From the NCBI GenBank assembly GCA_039815185.1, contig JBCBZT010000059.1, forward strand, positions 1 to 43,852: 43,852 nucleotides of DNA, written 5' to 3'. Position 1 is the first letter of the stretch. Each line of letters begins with the position of its first letter. Source of the DNA: Cyanobacteria bacterium P01_A01_bin.123 (GTDB lineage Bacteria; Cyanobacteriota; Cyanobacteriia; Phormidesmidales; Phormidesmidaceae). The position numbers were made by a program, and so were the translations under genes. Below the pieces are notes generated by a model. It saw only the letters and a program-made list of their open reading frames with translations, was not told the origin of the DNA and searched no databases. Below, piece after piece: positions 17,522 through 28,114 of this stretch.

Positions 17522-20500
17522 ATGCCCCCCGCCAATCCCGATCGGCCAATCAAACTTGAATTAGAAATTGCCGCCAACCATCCTTCCCTACTGGACGGAT
17601 TGGAAACCTGGCTCAAATTAGGCCTAATCAGCGATCGCCAAGTCAGAGCCTTCTGCCAGCGATCGCTCACCTGCCCTGTCCCAGTCATTACCCTCTCCTC
17701 CCCCTCCCGCCAACCCACCAGGACAACAGTTGCAAACACCAATGCAATCCCCACCCCATCACCCCATCGCACCCCCACCTCATCACCCCCCAAACCTTCC
17801 AAACCCAGCTTAGTCAACACCACCCTCAGCCGCCTCGTCGCCGAACTCAGCGTCGTCTGGCTACTCTGCCTCGGCGTCTTCCTCGTGGTCGTGTCGTCAG
17901 CCTTGCTGGCAGCAGCCCAATGGAGCATTTTTTCGCCCACAGCCCAGTATTTGGTGCTGTTTGCCTACACTGGCGTATTCTGGGGGATTGGCTTGTGGGC
18001 CAGTCGCCAATCCCGCTTAGCACTGACTGCTAAAACCTTGCAAACTGTGAGTTTGCTGCTGGTGCCCATTAATCTTTGGGCCATGAACGGCTTACAGATT
18101 ATCCAGGCCAATTTGGGATTACTCGTGGCCATTGGGGCAACGCTATTACTGGGATTAGCCAGCTATCGAAATTTCAAATTCTATGACGATCCAACCAGAG
18201 GGATAGCCGGAGGGTTCCCAAAACTCAGCCTGCTCAATTTCCTAGGGTTAGCGGGGCTGCATTGGTTTTGGCATGGTGAAACCCTCCCCCTATGGGTGGT
18301 GTATGGCGGCACGATTGCCACCGCAATCGCACTTTTAAGCCAATCTCCTTTACGTCGACAGTGGCACAGTAATACTCCAGCAGATTCACCCATACTCAAT
18401 GGCCCCAGACTATTAGTGCTCTATGCTCTGGGCATTGTCATGATGCGGGGGTTGGCCAATCCAGCCATCGAACCTCAGGCCCTAGGCTTAGCCGTGGGCA
18501 TTTGTGGCGCAATGTTGTGCGCCCTGGCCCTTGAGGCTTGGTCTCCCCGCTTAAAGAGATCTAGTAAACCGCGTCTAAGCCAGGCATCAGCAACTAATCA
18601 AACAACCCCCAATCCGTTTGGAGAAGGCCCCCTCACGCCCAACGTCGAGTCCCGCGAGACCACTGAGCCAGGGGATACCCCACCGATAACACCCACACCA
18701 AAACCGTCATTCACCCAGCTTTGGATTGTGATCGGTCGGGGGCTGATGGTGATCGGTTGGCTAATGGCCGTTGGCACTCTACCTGTCCAGGCTTTGGGGG
18801 TCAGTTTACTGGGCTTATCCCTACGAACCCATCGTCTCAGACGACTGTGGTTGCGGCGAGATTTAGTCGTGGCCTTGGGTCTTGGGTTGCAGTTGATTTG
18901 GCTGGGCTGGCGGGGACTGCCTGAGACAATGCGGCAACCTGCGATCGCCCTAGCCACCAGATTAACGGGCACAGCAGGGATGGACTGGGTGCTGCTGGGC
19001 ATTGCCTATTTCCCCTATGTAGTGGCGATGGTCGCGATTGCTGACTGGCTGGTTCGGCAACGGAAATCACCCTTAGCCAAACTGACCTATGGCTTAGGGT
19101 TAGTGCTGGGCATGTATCTGACTTTGATCAGCGCATTTGACACCACTGTCCTAGCACTCAATCTGATTGCCTCGACAATCACGCTTTTGATTGTGACCCT
19201 GCGGCGACGTCAACAAGCTGCTGGGATTTCAGCTTTAGTCTATAGCACCCACGGGTTGGGCTTGTTGACGATATTTGTCGCGATCGCGGATGCCTTCCCA
19301 ACGCTATCAATCGAATCGGTTTTAGCCCTCTGTTTTGGCAGCACGGCAGTGGAGTTGGGGCTGAGCGTTGGGCCTCGTAACCCCTGGCGACGCAGCGCTT
19401 GGCTGTTGGGCAATGGACTGCTGGGCTTGAGCGATCTGCTGTTGCTGGGCTATGGCTTGGCCCAAGGATTCGAGGCAAGCTGGATGCTACTGGGCTTTGT
19501 ACCGCCCTTAGTGTTAACCCTCATCAGCACGCGTCCAGCACTGCAACGGCGACAGGCAAGCCATACCCTAGCCGTCATCACACTCTTGTTTGCGACCCTG
19601 CTTTGCCTCTTTACCCCCGCTAATCGACTCATGGGCTTAGGCACTGCCACAGCGCTCATGGGGAGTTTGAGCGTGATGCGTTCCCGTCGCCTCACCGCTG
19701 GCTTAACGGTTGGGTTAGGTTTGGGGCTGGTTGCCAGCCTGATTCACGATTTGCCGTCTCCGATATCGCCCCTGACTCGAATGCAGTGGTACCTGATCGG
19801 CGCGATCGCGTGTGGCATTCTCTGGTTGATTTGGCATGGGTTGCGACGACACAGGGCTGAAGATCGGCAGTCGCTAGTATCGGCCTATCAGATTGCTGTC
19901 AACGGTTGGGGATTTAGCCTCTGCTTCGCCTTACTGATCGTGATGAGCTTAGAAGCTTACCTGCACTACTTAGATCTACGGGCGTTTCAACCCACCTTTG
20001 CCTTTGCCGCTGGGGGACTGGTGTTAGCCGGATTAATTCGCAATGGGCGATCGCTCAATGACTCAGCCCTGCTGGCGATCGGCTGGGCTATAGAGTTAAC
20101 GGTTGCAGAAGTTTTGGCGCAGCAGAGCCCGGATGCGCTCACGCTGGCGATCGCCAATATTGTTCTTGGTGCGCTTAGTTTGGGCCTAGGCACGCTGTTG
20201 TCGCGGCGATTCCGCCCCCTCCCGGTGAGTTTACAAGCCTGGCCAATCCTATATAGTGCCCTGGCACTCATGCTGCGGGTTGCTCAGTTCAACAGTTGGA
20301 CGGGATTCCTAACGTTGTCTGCTGGCCTCATTGCCCTAGAAGTGGGTCGCCAACAGCGACAAGGTTGGCTACGGGCGATCGCGTTCATCATTATGTCTAT
20401 TGCTTGGTATGAACTGGTGATTTACCAGATGCTCCAAGCGCCAGAAGGCAATCCGGCTGATGGCTGGGTGATTTTGGCTGGGGTAGCGGCGGTGATTATG

Positions 20501-21667
20501 GGAGCCTACCAGCTCTTCGCCCGCTTACTCAGTTCGCGCGTTGGATCACACCTTGGATTACCGCCCGCAGAATTTCGCTGGGCCGCCCACTTCCACTGGT
20601 TCATCGGCACCGGGTTGTTGTGGCAGTCGGCATTCTTGATCAATGACGCATTGCAGACAGCGCCCCTGGCCTTTGCGATTGGGGTGGCCTTGGTCGTCTA
20701 TGCCCTCGCCCACGGTCGATGGTCTAACCAGAGAGGGGGGACCGCAGCAATATCGGCCCCAGTTGCTACCGACAACGGCGGTGCAAATTCTACAGCGACA
20801 AACCAGACAAGCCCCCAGTCAGCGCCACGTCGAACGATTCGCCCCGGTACTGGCGAGAAGGTTGCTTGGACCTGGGTCGGCATTAGTCAACTGCTGGGCC
20901 TGGCGGTTTATGCCCGACTGCTATTCCCTGGACTGCAAGTATTAGGTGGCTGGATAGGTGTTTTGGCCTCTGTTGTTGCATCACTGTTTTATTACGGGGC
21001 TTGGACCCGCTGGGGCTGGCCCCAGCGTCCGTGGCGTCAAACTGCGATCGCGTTGCCGATTACAACCGCCATTTACGGTCTTTGGGCCGGCATCAACGTC
21101 GTCAATCTTTGGGTAATCGCCGGATTTTATGGGGGGTTATCATGGCGATCGCGCCGCATCCGCCTCTCTTATCTCAGTGGTCTGTTAATCTTAATCGCAA
21201 TTTATCAGTGGCTGGTTGAACAGCGGATTAGTGATGTCATGGCGTACATCCTGCCGTTGGGTCTGCTCTTGCTGTATATCGCCCAGGTTGATCCACGGTT
21301 TCAGCAACGTCAGTCTTCTGGTCAACGACACGCACTCAGGCTGTTGGGTACAGGCTTAATTTTGGGCATTGCCCTCGTGAGCGATCGCTGGACGGGTATC
21401 CCAGTCGGGTTGATGAGCTTGGGCGCGATTGCCCTTGGCCTAGTCATGCAAGTCCGCGCGTTCCTCTATGTGGGCACCGCGATTTTGGTCTTCAACGTGC
21501 TCAACCAATTGGTCTTGCTCAATGGCGAATACCCCCTGACGAAATGGGTGGTGGGCATGGTGGTGGGTGTGTTGCTCATCTGGATTGCTGCCGATTTTGA
21601 ACGCCGTCGCGAGCAGTGGTCGTCCTTGGCCCAGCGATGGCAGGCAGCGTTGAGCCAGTGGGAATAA
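17522..21667 (+). CDS. Very large polytopic membrane protein (DUF2157-like, cyanobacterial conserved hypothetical)
   Basis: LLDGLETWLKLGLISD N-terminus, ELSVVWLLCLGVFLVVVSS, dozens of hydrophobic segments, C-terminal RAFLYVGT...WIAADFERRRE. Confidence 0.75.
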   Translation: MPPANPDRPIKLELEIAANHPSLLDGLETWLKLGLISDRQVRAFCQRSLTCPVPVITLSSPSRQPTRTTVANTNAIPTPSPHRTPTSSPPKPSKPSLVNTTLSRLVAELSVVWLLCLGVFLVVVSSALLAAAQWSIFSPTAQYLVLFAYTGVFWGIGLWASRQSRLALTAKTLQTVSLLLVPINLWAMNGLQIIQANLGLLVAIGATLLLGLASYRNFKFYDDPTRGIAGGFPKLSLLNFLGLAGLHWFWHGETLPLWVVYGGTIATAIALLSQSPLRRQWHSNTPADSPILNGPRLLVLYALGIVMMRGLANPAIEPQALGLAVGICGAMLCALALEAWSPRLKRSSKPRLSQASATNQTTPNPFGEGPLTPNVESRETTEPGDTPPITPTPKPSFTQLWIVIGRGLMVIGWLMAVGTLPVQALGVSLLGLSLRTHRLRRLWLRRDLVVALGLGLQLIWLGWRGLPETMRQPAIALATRLTGTAGMDWVLLGIAYFPYVVAMVAIADWLVRQRKSPLAKLTYGLGLVLGMYLTLISAFDTTVLALNLIASTITLLIVTLRRRQQAAGISALVYSTHGLGLLTIFVAIADAFPTLSIESVLALCFGSTAVELGLSVGPRNPWRRSAWLLGNGLLGLSDLLLLGYGLAQGFEASWMLLGFVPPLVLTLISTRPALQRRQASHTLAVITLLFATLLCLFTPANRLMGLGTATALMGSLSVMRSRRLTAGLTVGLGLGLVASLIHDLPSPISPLTRMQWYLIGAIACGILWLIWHGLRRHRAEDRQSLVSAYQIAVNGWGFSLCFALLIVMSLEAYLHYLDLRAFQPTFAFAAGGLVLAGLIRNGRSLNDSALLAIGWAIELTVAEVLAQQSPDALTLAIANIVLGALSLGLGTLLSRRFRPLPVSLQAWPILYSALALMLRVAQFNSWTGFLTLSAGLIALEVGRQQRQGWLRAIAFIIMSIAWYELVIYQMLQAPEGNPADGWVILAGVAAVIMGAYQLFARLLSSRVGSHLGLPPAEFRWAAHFHWFIGTGLLWQSAFLINDALQTAPLAFAIGVALVVYALAHGRWSNQRGGTAAISAPVATDNGGANSTATNQTSPQSAPRRTIRPGTGEKVAWTWVGISQLLGLAVYARLLFPGLQVLGGWIGVLASVVASLFYYGAWTRWGWPQRPWRQTAIALPITTAIYGLWAGINVVNLWVIAGFYGGLSWRSRRIRLSYLSGLLILIAIYQWLVEQRISDVMAYILPLGLLLLYIAQVDPRFQQRQSSGQRHALRLLGTGLILGIALVSDRWTGIPVGLMSLGAIALGLVMQVRAFLYVGTAILVFNVLNQLVLLNGEYPLTKWVVGMVVGVLLIWIAADFERRREQWSSLAQRWQAALSQWE

Positions 21668-21837
21668 TGTCAGAGAAGTTACATTTTGTGTTGGCAGCTT
21701 GTGAGTCGCCAAGGTTAACATTAGATTAAGGATCGATTAAAAGCTCTATCGATCCTCAGCAAGGCGATTACTGAAATAGCGCCAAACCCTAGCTTCAAAC
21801 CCAAGTAACACTTTTTGATTTAAAACAGGGGGTCATC

Positions 21838-22071
21838 ATGACGTCTATACATCGAGACGAATTTCTTTATAAAAAAGCGGGTTATCAAGGCAAGTTCACG
21901 CCAGACAGTCTGTTATTCAATCACAATCTACAAGAATTTTCCCAGCGCGTCGGTTACATTGCCAATCTCCAAACCGCTGGCAAACTCTCTTCAGAAGAGT
22001 CTTTCCAGCAGATTCAAACCCTTTGGAAGACCCTTAAACAAACGAAGAAAACCCTTAGACCCGACATATAG
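21838..22071 (+). CDS. Small conserved cyanobacterial protein (DUF7219-like)
   Basis: FLY....Y.GKFTP..LLFN.NLQEFSQRV.YI.NL.TAGKLS.EE....I..LW pattern. Confidence 0.75.
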   Translation: MTSIHRDEFLYKKAGYQGKFTPDSLLFNHNLQEFSQRVGYIANLQTAGKLSSEESFQQIQTLWKTLKQTKKTLRPDI

Positions 22072-22083
22072 GAGCGATCGCTA

Positions 22084-22353
22084 ATGAAGCCAGGCGATCG
22101 CGTTCAACTCAAACATCCGTTTCAACCCGAAGTCAAGCTGTTGAGACGTTATCAGTATGCAAAAGTCATCGGCATCATTCCCCCAGGCAGAGCAACCAAT
22201 AACAATCCGGGTGAGGTCATTGTGCACTTATACGACATTGACCTCAACACCTTCTACACCGATGAGGCAGGGGTAAGCCCCCTTTATAGCTTTACCTACG
22301 ACGAAGTGATTCCCCTTGAAACATCGGCCAGCCTAGATTTGGCAGATGGCTGA
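22084..22353 (+). CDS. Hypothetical protein
   Basis: 89-aa ATG ORF with AGGAG RBS, directly after the previous gene. Confidence 0.6.
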   Translation: MKPGDRVQLKHPFQPEVKLLRRYQYAKVIGIIPPGRATNNNPGEVIVHLYDIDLNTFYTDEAGVSPLYSFTYDEVIPLETSASLDLADG

Positions 22354-22368
22354 GGCGAACGTTGCAGA

Positions 22369-22584
22369 CTATCTCAAACGCTGGTCTACCCAATGACGAG
22401 CACTCCGGACGGCAGCTTGACGGGTCAACGCACAAGGGACGGCCACAGCACACCCATAGGCATAGTCAGCCCAAGCTGCATAAAGCGTTTGGCCGTCAAA
22501 GTCACTTTGATCAATCTGGATCGTAAAGCCTCGATAGCTAAACGTCAGCACAATATTGGGGTGATCTGGGTCAGCAATGATCAT
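22369..22584 (-). CDS. Hypothetical protein
   Basis: ATG at 22584 overlaps the upstream stop (ATGA), suggesting translational coupling. Confidence 0.65.
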   Translation of the reverse strand: MIIADPDHPNIVLTFSYRGFTIQIDQSDFDGQTLYAAWADYAYGCAVAVPCALTRQAAVRSARHWVDQRLR

Positions 22585-23921
22585 CCTTTCAATCGCTGCT
22601 GCCACTCGGCATCGATCTTATCGGCTTGTTCAAATTCTTGTTGCGTCAGATCCGTTTCAGTGGTGTAGGCCAAGTCTGCTTTGTCCACTACGGTTTGGCT
22701 AATGAATTTTTGGGCGTAGCTCAGCTTTTGTTGCAGAGCTGCTTTGGCATCATTCAGTGCGACCGCCCGGTTTTGGCGCTGCTCGTTACCCGATTCAATT
22801 TTTTGATTTTTCCGCTGCACCCAAAAATAGCGAATTAGCGGCAATCCCAAAAATGCCGTACCGTATCCCAGCAGTAGCCAGTAAATCGAGTTTACAAAGG
22901 CCACTAATCCACCCAATTCAGCCACTAGGGATTGATCGCGGAGTAAACTACCCAGCACTAATGCCCCAATCAGGTTGACAGCCCCCAAGCCAATGGCCAT
23001 GGTAATTTGGCCAGAGGTCGCTTCACTAAACAACTGGGGCTTCGCTTTCAAATAGGCTGACACTGACGCCCGGCCGCGCTCTTCGGCCATGACCTGCAAT
23101 TCGGGGAAGTGATAAATAATTTGACCGTCTGGACTCACCTCAGGTCGCCCGTTGAAGCGGCTCAACACAGGCAGCATATAGTCTTCATATTCGTTGGCCC
23201 AGCCTTCTCCCAGGTCATCAAGATAGGGTGCAATCTGCTCAGCAACCACCGCTCCACCATTGTTGCGAATCACGTTACCAATGGCTTTCCAACGTTTCTC
23301 ATCGAGGTCAGCATTCGGATCGCCATCCCCAAATAAGAAGGAAAAGATCGCCTCTAAAAAGTTCAGCTTGCCGTCTTGCCCTCGACTGGCTTGCCCTCTA
23401 CTGACCTGCCCGACGGCAGTTTGCCGATAGCGCCGCCGTTGGTAATAATTGGGGCTAAATAGATAGAAAGGGTTGTAGCCAATCCACAGCCGGGGCAGAA
23501 AGACCATGCCGCCACCCCCATAGCCACGATCGCGGTTATTGTTACTGTCGCCACGGGAGGAACTAGCGGCGATGACGATGATGGCAATTGCCACCACAAT
23601 CAGCAAAATCGACACCAGCAGCAAAATCCCAAAGGAAATGCGAATCAGGTAAAACAGAACGTCCCACACCTTCTGCCAAGCCTGCTGAAACCGCAACCGC
23701 CAGTATTTGCTTTGCAAAATACCGCGAAAATTTTTGGGGAACTGGTAGGCAATTTCGCCCACCTCAGACACCTGTAAGTGGGCCTGAGTTTCCGATGCCA
23801 GGGCCAACAACCCCTGCTCAGCCACTTTGATATCTAGACCCGCCTGGGCAGCCACATCCCCAACCGTAACGCGGTAATCTAACTGCTCCACTGCTTTCAT
23901 CACAGCAGGTTCCAAGGCCAT
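22581..23921 (-). CDS. Conserved cyanobacterial/plastid membrane protein (At5g03900-like)
   Basis: RVTVGDVAAQAGL, FYLIRISFG, NFLEAIFSFLFGDGDPNA, GGAVVAEQIAPYLD, FNGRPEVS..G.IIYHFPELQ. Confidence 0.8.
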   Translation of the reverse strand: MALEPAVMKAVEQLDYRVTVGDVAAQAGLDIKVAEQGLLALASETQAHLQVSEVGEIAYQFPKNFRGILQSKYWRLRFQQAWQKVWDVLFYLIRISFGILLLVSILLIVVAIAIIVIAASSSRGDSNNNRDRGYGGGGMVFLPRLWIGYNPFYLFSPNYYQRRRYRQTAVGQVSRGQASRGQDGKLNFLEAIFSFLFGDGDPNADLDEKRWKAIGNVIRNNGGAVVAEQIAPYLDDLGEGWANEYEDYMLPVLSRFNGRPEVSPDGQIIYHFPELQVMAEERGRASVSAYLKAKPQLFSEATSGQITMAIGLGAVNLIGALVLGSLLRDQSLVAELGGLVAFVNSIYWLLLGYGTAFLGLPLIRYFWVQRKNQKIESGNEQRQNRAVALNDAKAALQQKLSYAQKFISQTVVDKADLAYTTETDLTQQEFEQADKIDAEWQQRLKG

Positions 23922-24165
23922 AATCCCTCCCCGTTGACTAACCCCTGGGGGCGTCTTTTAATGTTCTCTCTCTAGTATAGGAACGCCGTCTGTCCAATGA
24001 CTTTACAAATAACCGATCCTCAGAACTAAGCGCTGCTTCAAACCAGATGTGGTTTAAAGCAGCGCTCACAATCTCTAATCCCATCACCCACTCAGACCGA
24101 TGCAGGTTATTGTCTCTCTTCAAAAGACTAGGCTTGGAGGTTGGGGTCACCAGGGTCGATGATCG

Positions 24166-24603
24166 CTAAGCCTTATTGCCAAGCACTTGATCTTTTAAGC
24201 TGTTGAAATTTTCCACCAGCTCTTGGCGGTTTGCAGCCCGCCACAAATAGCGATAAACGAACCACGCAGTATAGCCCAGGCCAATCAGCTCGAGTAGGGC
24301 GGGCAACAGCGGAATACCATTGAGCGCGCCAAGGATGGCTAGGGTCAACCGTACTGCGATCGCAGCAGACGCAACTACCAACACGGCAATAATGTATGGC
24401 CGATAATTTTTGAAGAAATCTGTCAAGTAGTCGATTGGGGCAGCAAGAACTTCAGAAACCTTGCCCCAAATTTCCTGGAACTGTTCATTCCCACCAGATT
24501 TACTGGTGGATGACTCTAACGGGTTAGCGGTAGTGCTGGTATCCACATCGGGGAGTGGAGGATCTTGGTGTATTTCGGTGCTCATAGACGTCATCTGAAT
24601 CAC
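24166..24603 (-). CDS. curT: CAAD-domain thylakoid curvature protein (CURT1 family)
   Basis: AILGALNGIPLLPALLELIGLGYTAWFVYRYLW.A.NRQEL CAAD signature. Confidence 0.85.
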   Translation of the reverse strand: MIQMTSMSTEIHQDPPLPDVDTSTTANPLESSTSKSGGNEQFQEIWGKVSEVLAAPIDYLTDFFKNYRPYIIAVLVVASAAIAVRLTLAILGALNGIPLLPALLELIGLGYTAWFVYRYLWRAANRQELVENFNSLKDQVLGNKA

Positions 24604-25288
24604 GACCTAGACTAGTTATGCTAAATAATTTCCCAATGGGCATTATCAATAGCAGAGTTATAGTCTGAATTGATCTGTTTTTCAAACTGACTGGCCCAAA
24701 TGGGTTGCTATTGTTGTCAAAGTTTATCTAATTCAATCTGACTCTAAGGCAGAGTTTTGATCCTGACAAGGTGTTGAGTCAAGAAAAATCGGGGATCAGG
24801 GGCAATTCTGAATGCCCTCTCCGATGTTCTTCATTTTGCACTTAGCGCGGTATGTATAGATTTATCTAGCTTGCTGCTAAACGGGAAAAAATGACTACTC
24901 TCCAGAAAAGCTTTCTAGTGCATCGAGGGAATGGTGCAGCCGATCGCGATCGATAACAACTTCCGGGTCACAGGTTGTTAATCGGGAACAGGTTGACGGG
25001 TTGCAGACACTGATGACACATCTGCGAACTTGAATAAATCCCGAGCGATTTTGGGGATGACGCGACTGTCTACTGCCCATTATTGAATTGTCTCCATAGA
25101 TCGAGATCGCTAATTAAACAAATTTGAGATGTAGCTTTTTTAACTAGTCCATAAGTTCTATCCTGACGTGGGTGGGCAACAATGTCCATTTCTGTAACGG
25201 ATGATTAATCAACAGGCTTGCCTCTGTAAAGCAGTCTTAAGTATTTTGAGGCGTCACCTTACAATAGGGACAACCTATCTGATTTGTC

Positions 25289-26986
25289 TTGCATCGCGTG
25301 TCAATCGAGACTATCTACGGCCCACTCAAAGGACTCAAATCTAGTCAGCTCAAGCAACTTCAACGGCTCTACCATCAGCGGTTACCGGGCAATCGCATCA
25401 CAACGGCTGAATTTGCTCAGCGCCTAGCTGCCATCAGTACCGATATCAATCAGCCCATCTGCGCTTACCTCAACCGCCGGGGCCAAGTGATTCGGGTGGG
25501 GGTCGGTAGCCTGCATCAAACCCGCATCCCTCCCCTGGAACTGCCGCGCTATGGGGCAGAACGTCTCTGTGGCATTCGCTGTATAGCCACCCAACTCAAG
25601 CCCAAAGTGCCCAGCGACAGCACGTTAACCAGCATGGCCATGCAGCGGCTTGACGCCTTAGTCTTGCTGACCCTGACTGGACAGGGATTTGAGCGCCGAG
25701 GCGGGGGAGCCACAGGCTACATCCAAGAAACCTATCTGGCTCATTTGGTGCCCCATCCAGAAGCACAATGGACGGTTTCGCCGCCATTGAGTCTGGATGT
25801 GCTTTCAAAACAAGACTTTTTGGATCTGACAGAAGGGCTAGAAGCCGAGTTTCGGCGAGAATATGTAGCCCAGCAGGTCGATCTAGATCATGACCGAGTG
25901 CTGCTGGTGGGGCTGATGACAGCCACACTGAGAAAGGGGCAGTTTGACAATACCCTACAAGAACTCCAGCGGCTGGTGGAAACGGCTGGGGGTGACGTCC
26001 TGGAAATATTAAACCAGCGGCGATCGCGGCCCCATCCCCAAACTGTTGTCGGTGCCGGTAAGGTGCAAGAAATTGCCCTAACGGCTCAGACCCTTGGGGT
26101 TAACCTCATCGTGTTTGATCGCGATTTATCCCCCGCCCAGGTGCGCAACCTGGAGGCTCAAATTGGCATCCGGGTGGTGGATCGAACCGAGGTGATTTTG
26201 GATATTTTTGCCCAACGAGCCAAAACCGGGGCTGGAAAACTCCAGGTAGAACTCGCCCAGCTTGAATATCAACTGCCCCGTCTCACTGGCCGGGGTCAAG
26301 CCATGTCTCGACTAGGGGGTGGAATTGGCACCCGTGGTCCGGGTGAAACCAAATTAGAGACCGAACGCCGCACCATTCAAAAGCGGATCTCGCGGCTGCA
26401 GCAAGACGTGAACCAACTCCAAGCCCACCGGGCTCGGTTGCGACAACAGCGGCAAAGCCAGCAGGTACCCTCTGTGGCAGTTGTGGGCTATACCAATGCA
26501 GGCAAGTCTACCTTGCTGAATGTGCTGACCGACGCCACTGTGTACGCCGCTGACCAGCTATTTGCCACCCTCGACCCCACCACCCGACGTCTGACAGTAA
26601 TCGACCCCGAGAGTCAAACGCCGCGCAGCTTAGTGCTCACGGATACGGTTGGATTCATCCATGAGTTACCTCCCTCTCTGGTAGACGCCTTTCGCGCCAC
26701 CCTAGAAGAAGTAACCGAAGCCGACGCCTTAATACATGTGGTGGATTTGTCTCATCCAGCTTGGCAGAGTCAAATTCGGGCGGTGATGGGAATTTTGGGC
26801 GAGATGCCGATTACGCCAGGGCCGATTTTGCTGGTGTTCAATAAGCTCGATCAGGTGGATAGTGAGACGCTGGCGATCGCCCGTGAAGAGTTTCCCCAAG
26901 CTATTTTCATCTCAGCCCAGCTGAATACCGGTCTTGAAACGCTGCGGCAACGGTTAGTGAAGTTGATTGACTACGCGATCGCGTAG
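25289..26986 (+). CDS. hflX: GTPase HflX (cyanobacterial long form)
   Basis: DRTEVILDIFAQRA, GGGIGTRGPGETKLE, VGYTNAGKSTL, LFATLDPTTR, DTVGFI, NKLD; start codon uncertain. Confidence 0.95.
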   Translation: MHRVSIETIYGPLKGLKSSQLKQLQRLYHQRLPGNRITTAEFAQRLAAISTDINQPICAYLNRRGQVIRVGVGSLHQTRIPPLELPRYGAERLCGIRCIATQLKPKVPSDSTLTSMAMQRLDALVLLTLTGQGFERRGGGATGYIQETYLAHLVPHPEAQWTVSPPLSLDVLSKQDFLDLTEGLEAEFRREYVAQQVDLDHDRVLLVGLMTATLRKGQFDNTLQELQRLVETAGGDVLEILNQRRSRPHPQTVVGAGKVQEIALTAQTLGVNLIVFDRDLSPAQVRNLEAQIGIRVVDRTEVILDIFAQRAKTGAGKLQVELAQLEYQLPRLTGRGQAMSRLGGGIGTRGPGETKLETERRTIQKRISRLQQDVNQLQAHRARLRQQRQSQQVPSVAVVGYTNAGKSTLLNVLTDATVYAADQLFATLDPTTRRLTVIDPESQTPRSLVLTDTVGFIHELPPSLVDAFRATLEEVTEADALIHVVDLSHPAWQSQIRAVMGILGEMPITPGPILLVFNKLDQVDSETLAIAREEFPQAIFISAQLNTGLETLRQRLVKLIDYAIA

Positions 26987-27009
26987 TCAATCAGCCCAAG
27001 CGACGCAAC

Positions 27010-27041
27010 AAAAAAATCCAAGAGTCCATGGACTCTTGGAT
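27010..27041 (-). terminator. Rho-independent terminator between convergent hflX and the PEP-CTERM gene
   Basis: Perfect palindrome ATCCAAGAGTCCATGGACTCTTGGAT (27016-27041) preceded by an A-run (U-tail on the minus strand). Confidence 0.8.
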
Positions 27042-27079
27042 GTCGCATTCAAAATTCTGTAGGTGTCTTTTGCAAGAAC

Positions 27080-28114
27080 CTAAGCAGCTTGCACATTGCG
27101 CTTACGACGAGATTTCACAAAGAACGCACCGATTACACCTAGACCCAGCATAGTCGTAGGCTCGGGCACATCTGCAGGTATATCGGAGTAGTCACCCATC
27201 TCAACGATACGGGCATAAATGCTAGCCTGGCTGGTTCCTCTCTCTTGGGAGATAAACTGTGTCGTAGGCGCAAAGTTATCTAACGTATTCGCATCAAACT
27301 CAAAGTCAGGATTGTCGCTAAAGCCGACAAGCTCAAGGGTGTACTGCGTACCCTCATACTCAAATGAATTTTGAGAATTCATGGCAAAATCCCAAGTGAT
27401 TTTGTCAGAACAGCCATGGCCAGTTGTCTCATAAGGACATACGCCCCCGGCATGAGCGCTGGCAGCGTTGTTAGTTTCATCAACGCTTAGTGAGAAGTCA
27501 AATTTCTGTTGCCCAATGCTGGCATCATCAAAATCCAGATTAAGACTAAATTCAGCCTTGGTGGCATCGCGACCGCTACCATCCCCCCAAATTGTGTTGT
27601 TGTAGTGCTTGAGCGTACCAATATTGAAGACCTGACCCACAGTGAGATCTAAGCTGTTGACCCCGGCAAAACCCAGACCGCTCTTGTTAGCCGTGAAGTC
27701 AACGTGGTCATCGTGGTAGAGAGTGTGGTCACTACCGTTGAGGTGCACATCACCATAATCCCAGGTGTAGCCATAGCCACCCTGTTGGGTATCAACATGG
27801 GTGTAGTCCCACCACCCGCTATTGAAATTGTAAGAGCTGTAAACCGGATCACCCCAGCGTACTTGGGTGACGCCGTTGACTTCGATAAACTCAACGTAGT
27901 TGTCATCACTGTAATTGGAGGCAGCTTGCTCGTAGTTACCGAAGGCATCGTTCGTAGCTGCTTTGCCTACGGTTGTCCCGTTCGACAGTAACGCATTGTC
28001 AAAACTGGCCGATGTGCCATTAAGGCTGAAAGCATAGCTTGGCGTCGCAACACCCCCCATTGCTGTAATCGCAACAGCGGAGCTCAGTATCAGGGAAAAT
28101 TTTGAATGTCTCAT
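27080..28114 (-). CDS. PEP-CTERM surface protein (choice-of-anchor K-like domain)
   Basis: Signal peptide; QVRWGDP...SGLGFAG...GTLKHYN...VDETNN...CPY...GCSDKI; C-terminal VPEPTTMLGLGVIGAFFVKSRRKR. Confidence 0.85.
   Translation of the reverse strand: MRHSKFSLILSSAVAITAMGGVATPSYAFSLNGTSASFDNALLSNGTTVGKAATNDAFGNYEQAASNYSDDNYVEFIEVNGVTQVRWGDPVYSSYNFNSGWWDYTHVDTQQGGYGYTWDYGDVHLNGSDHTLYHDDHVDFTANKSGLGFAGVNSLDLTVGQVFNIGTLKHYNNTIWGDGSGRDATKAEFSLNLDFDDASIGQQKFDFSLSVDETNNAASAHAGGVCPYETTGHGCSDKITWDFAMNSQNSFEYEGTQYTLELVGFSDNPDFEFDANTLDNFAPTTQFISQERGTSQASIYARIVEMGDYSDIPADVPEPTTMLGLGVIGAFFVKSRRKRNVQAA

Noticed and set aside
24604..25288. 685-bp gap between curT and hflX as an ncRNA or hidden gene
   Set aside because: No convincing ORF, repeat or RNA structure found by eye; consistent with divergent promoters.
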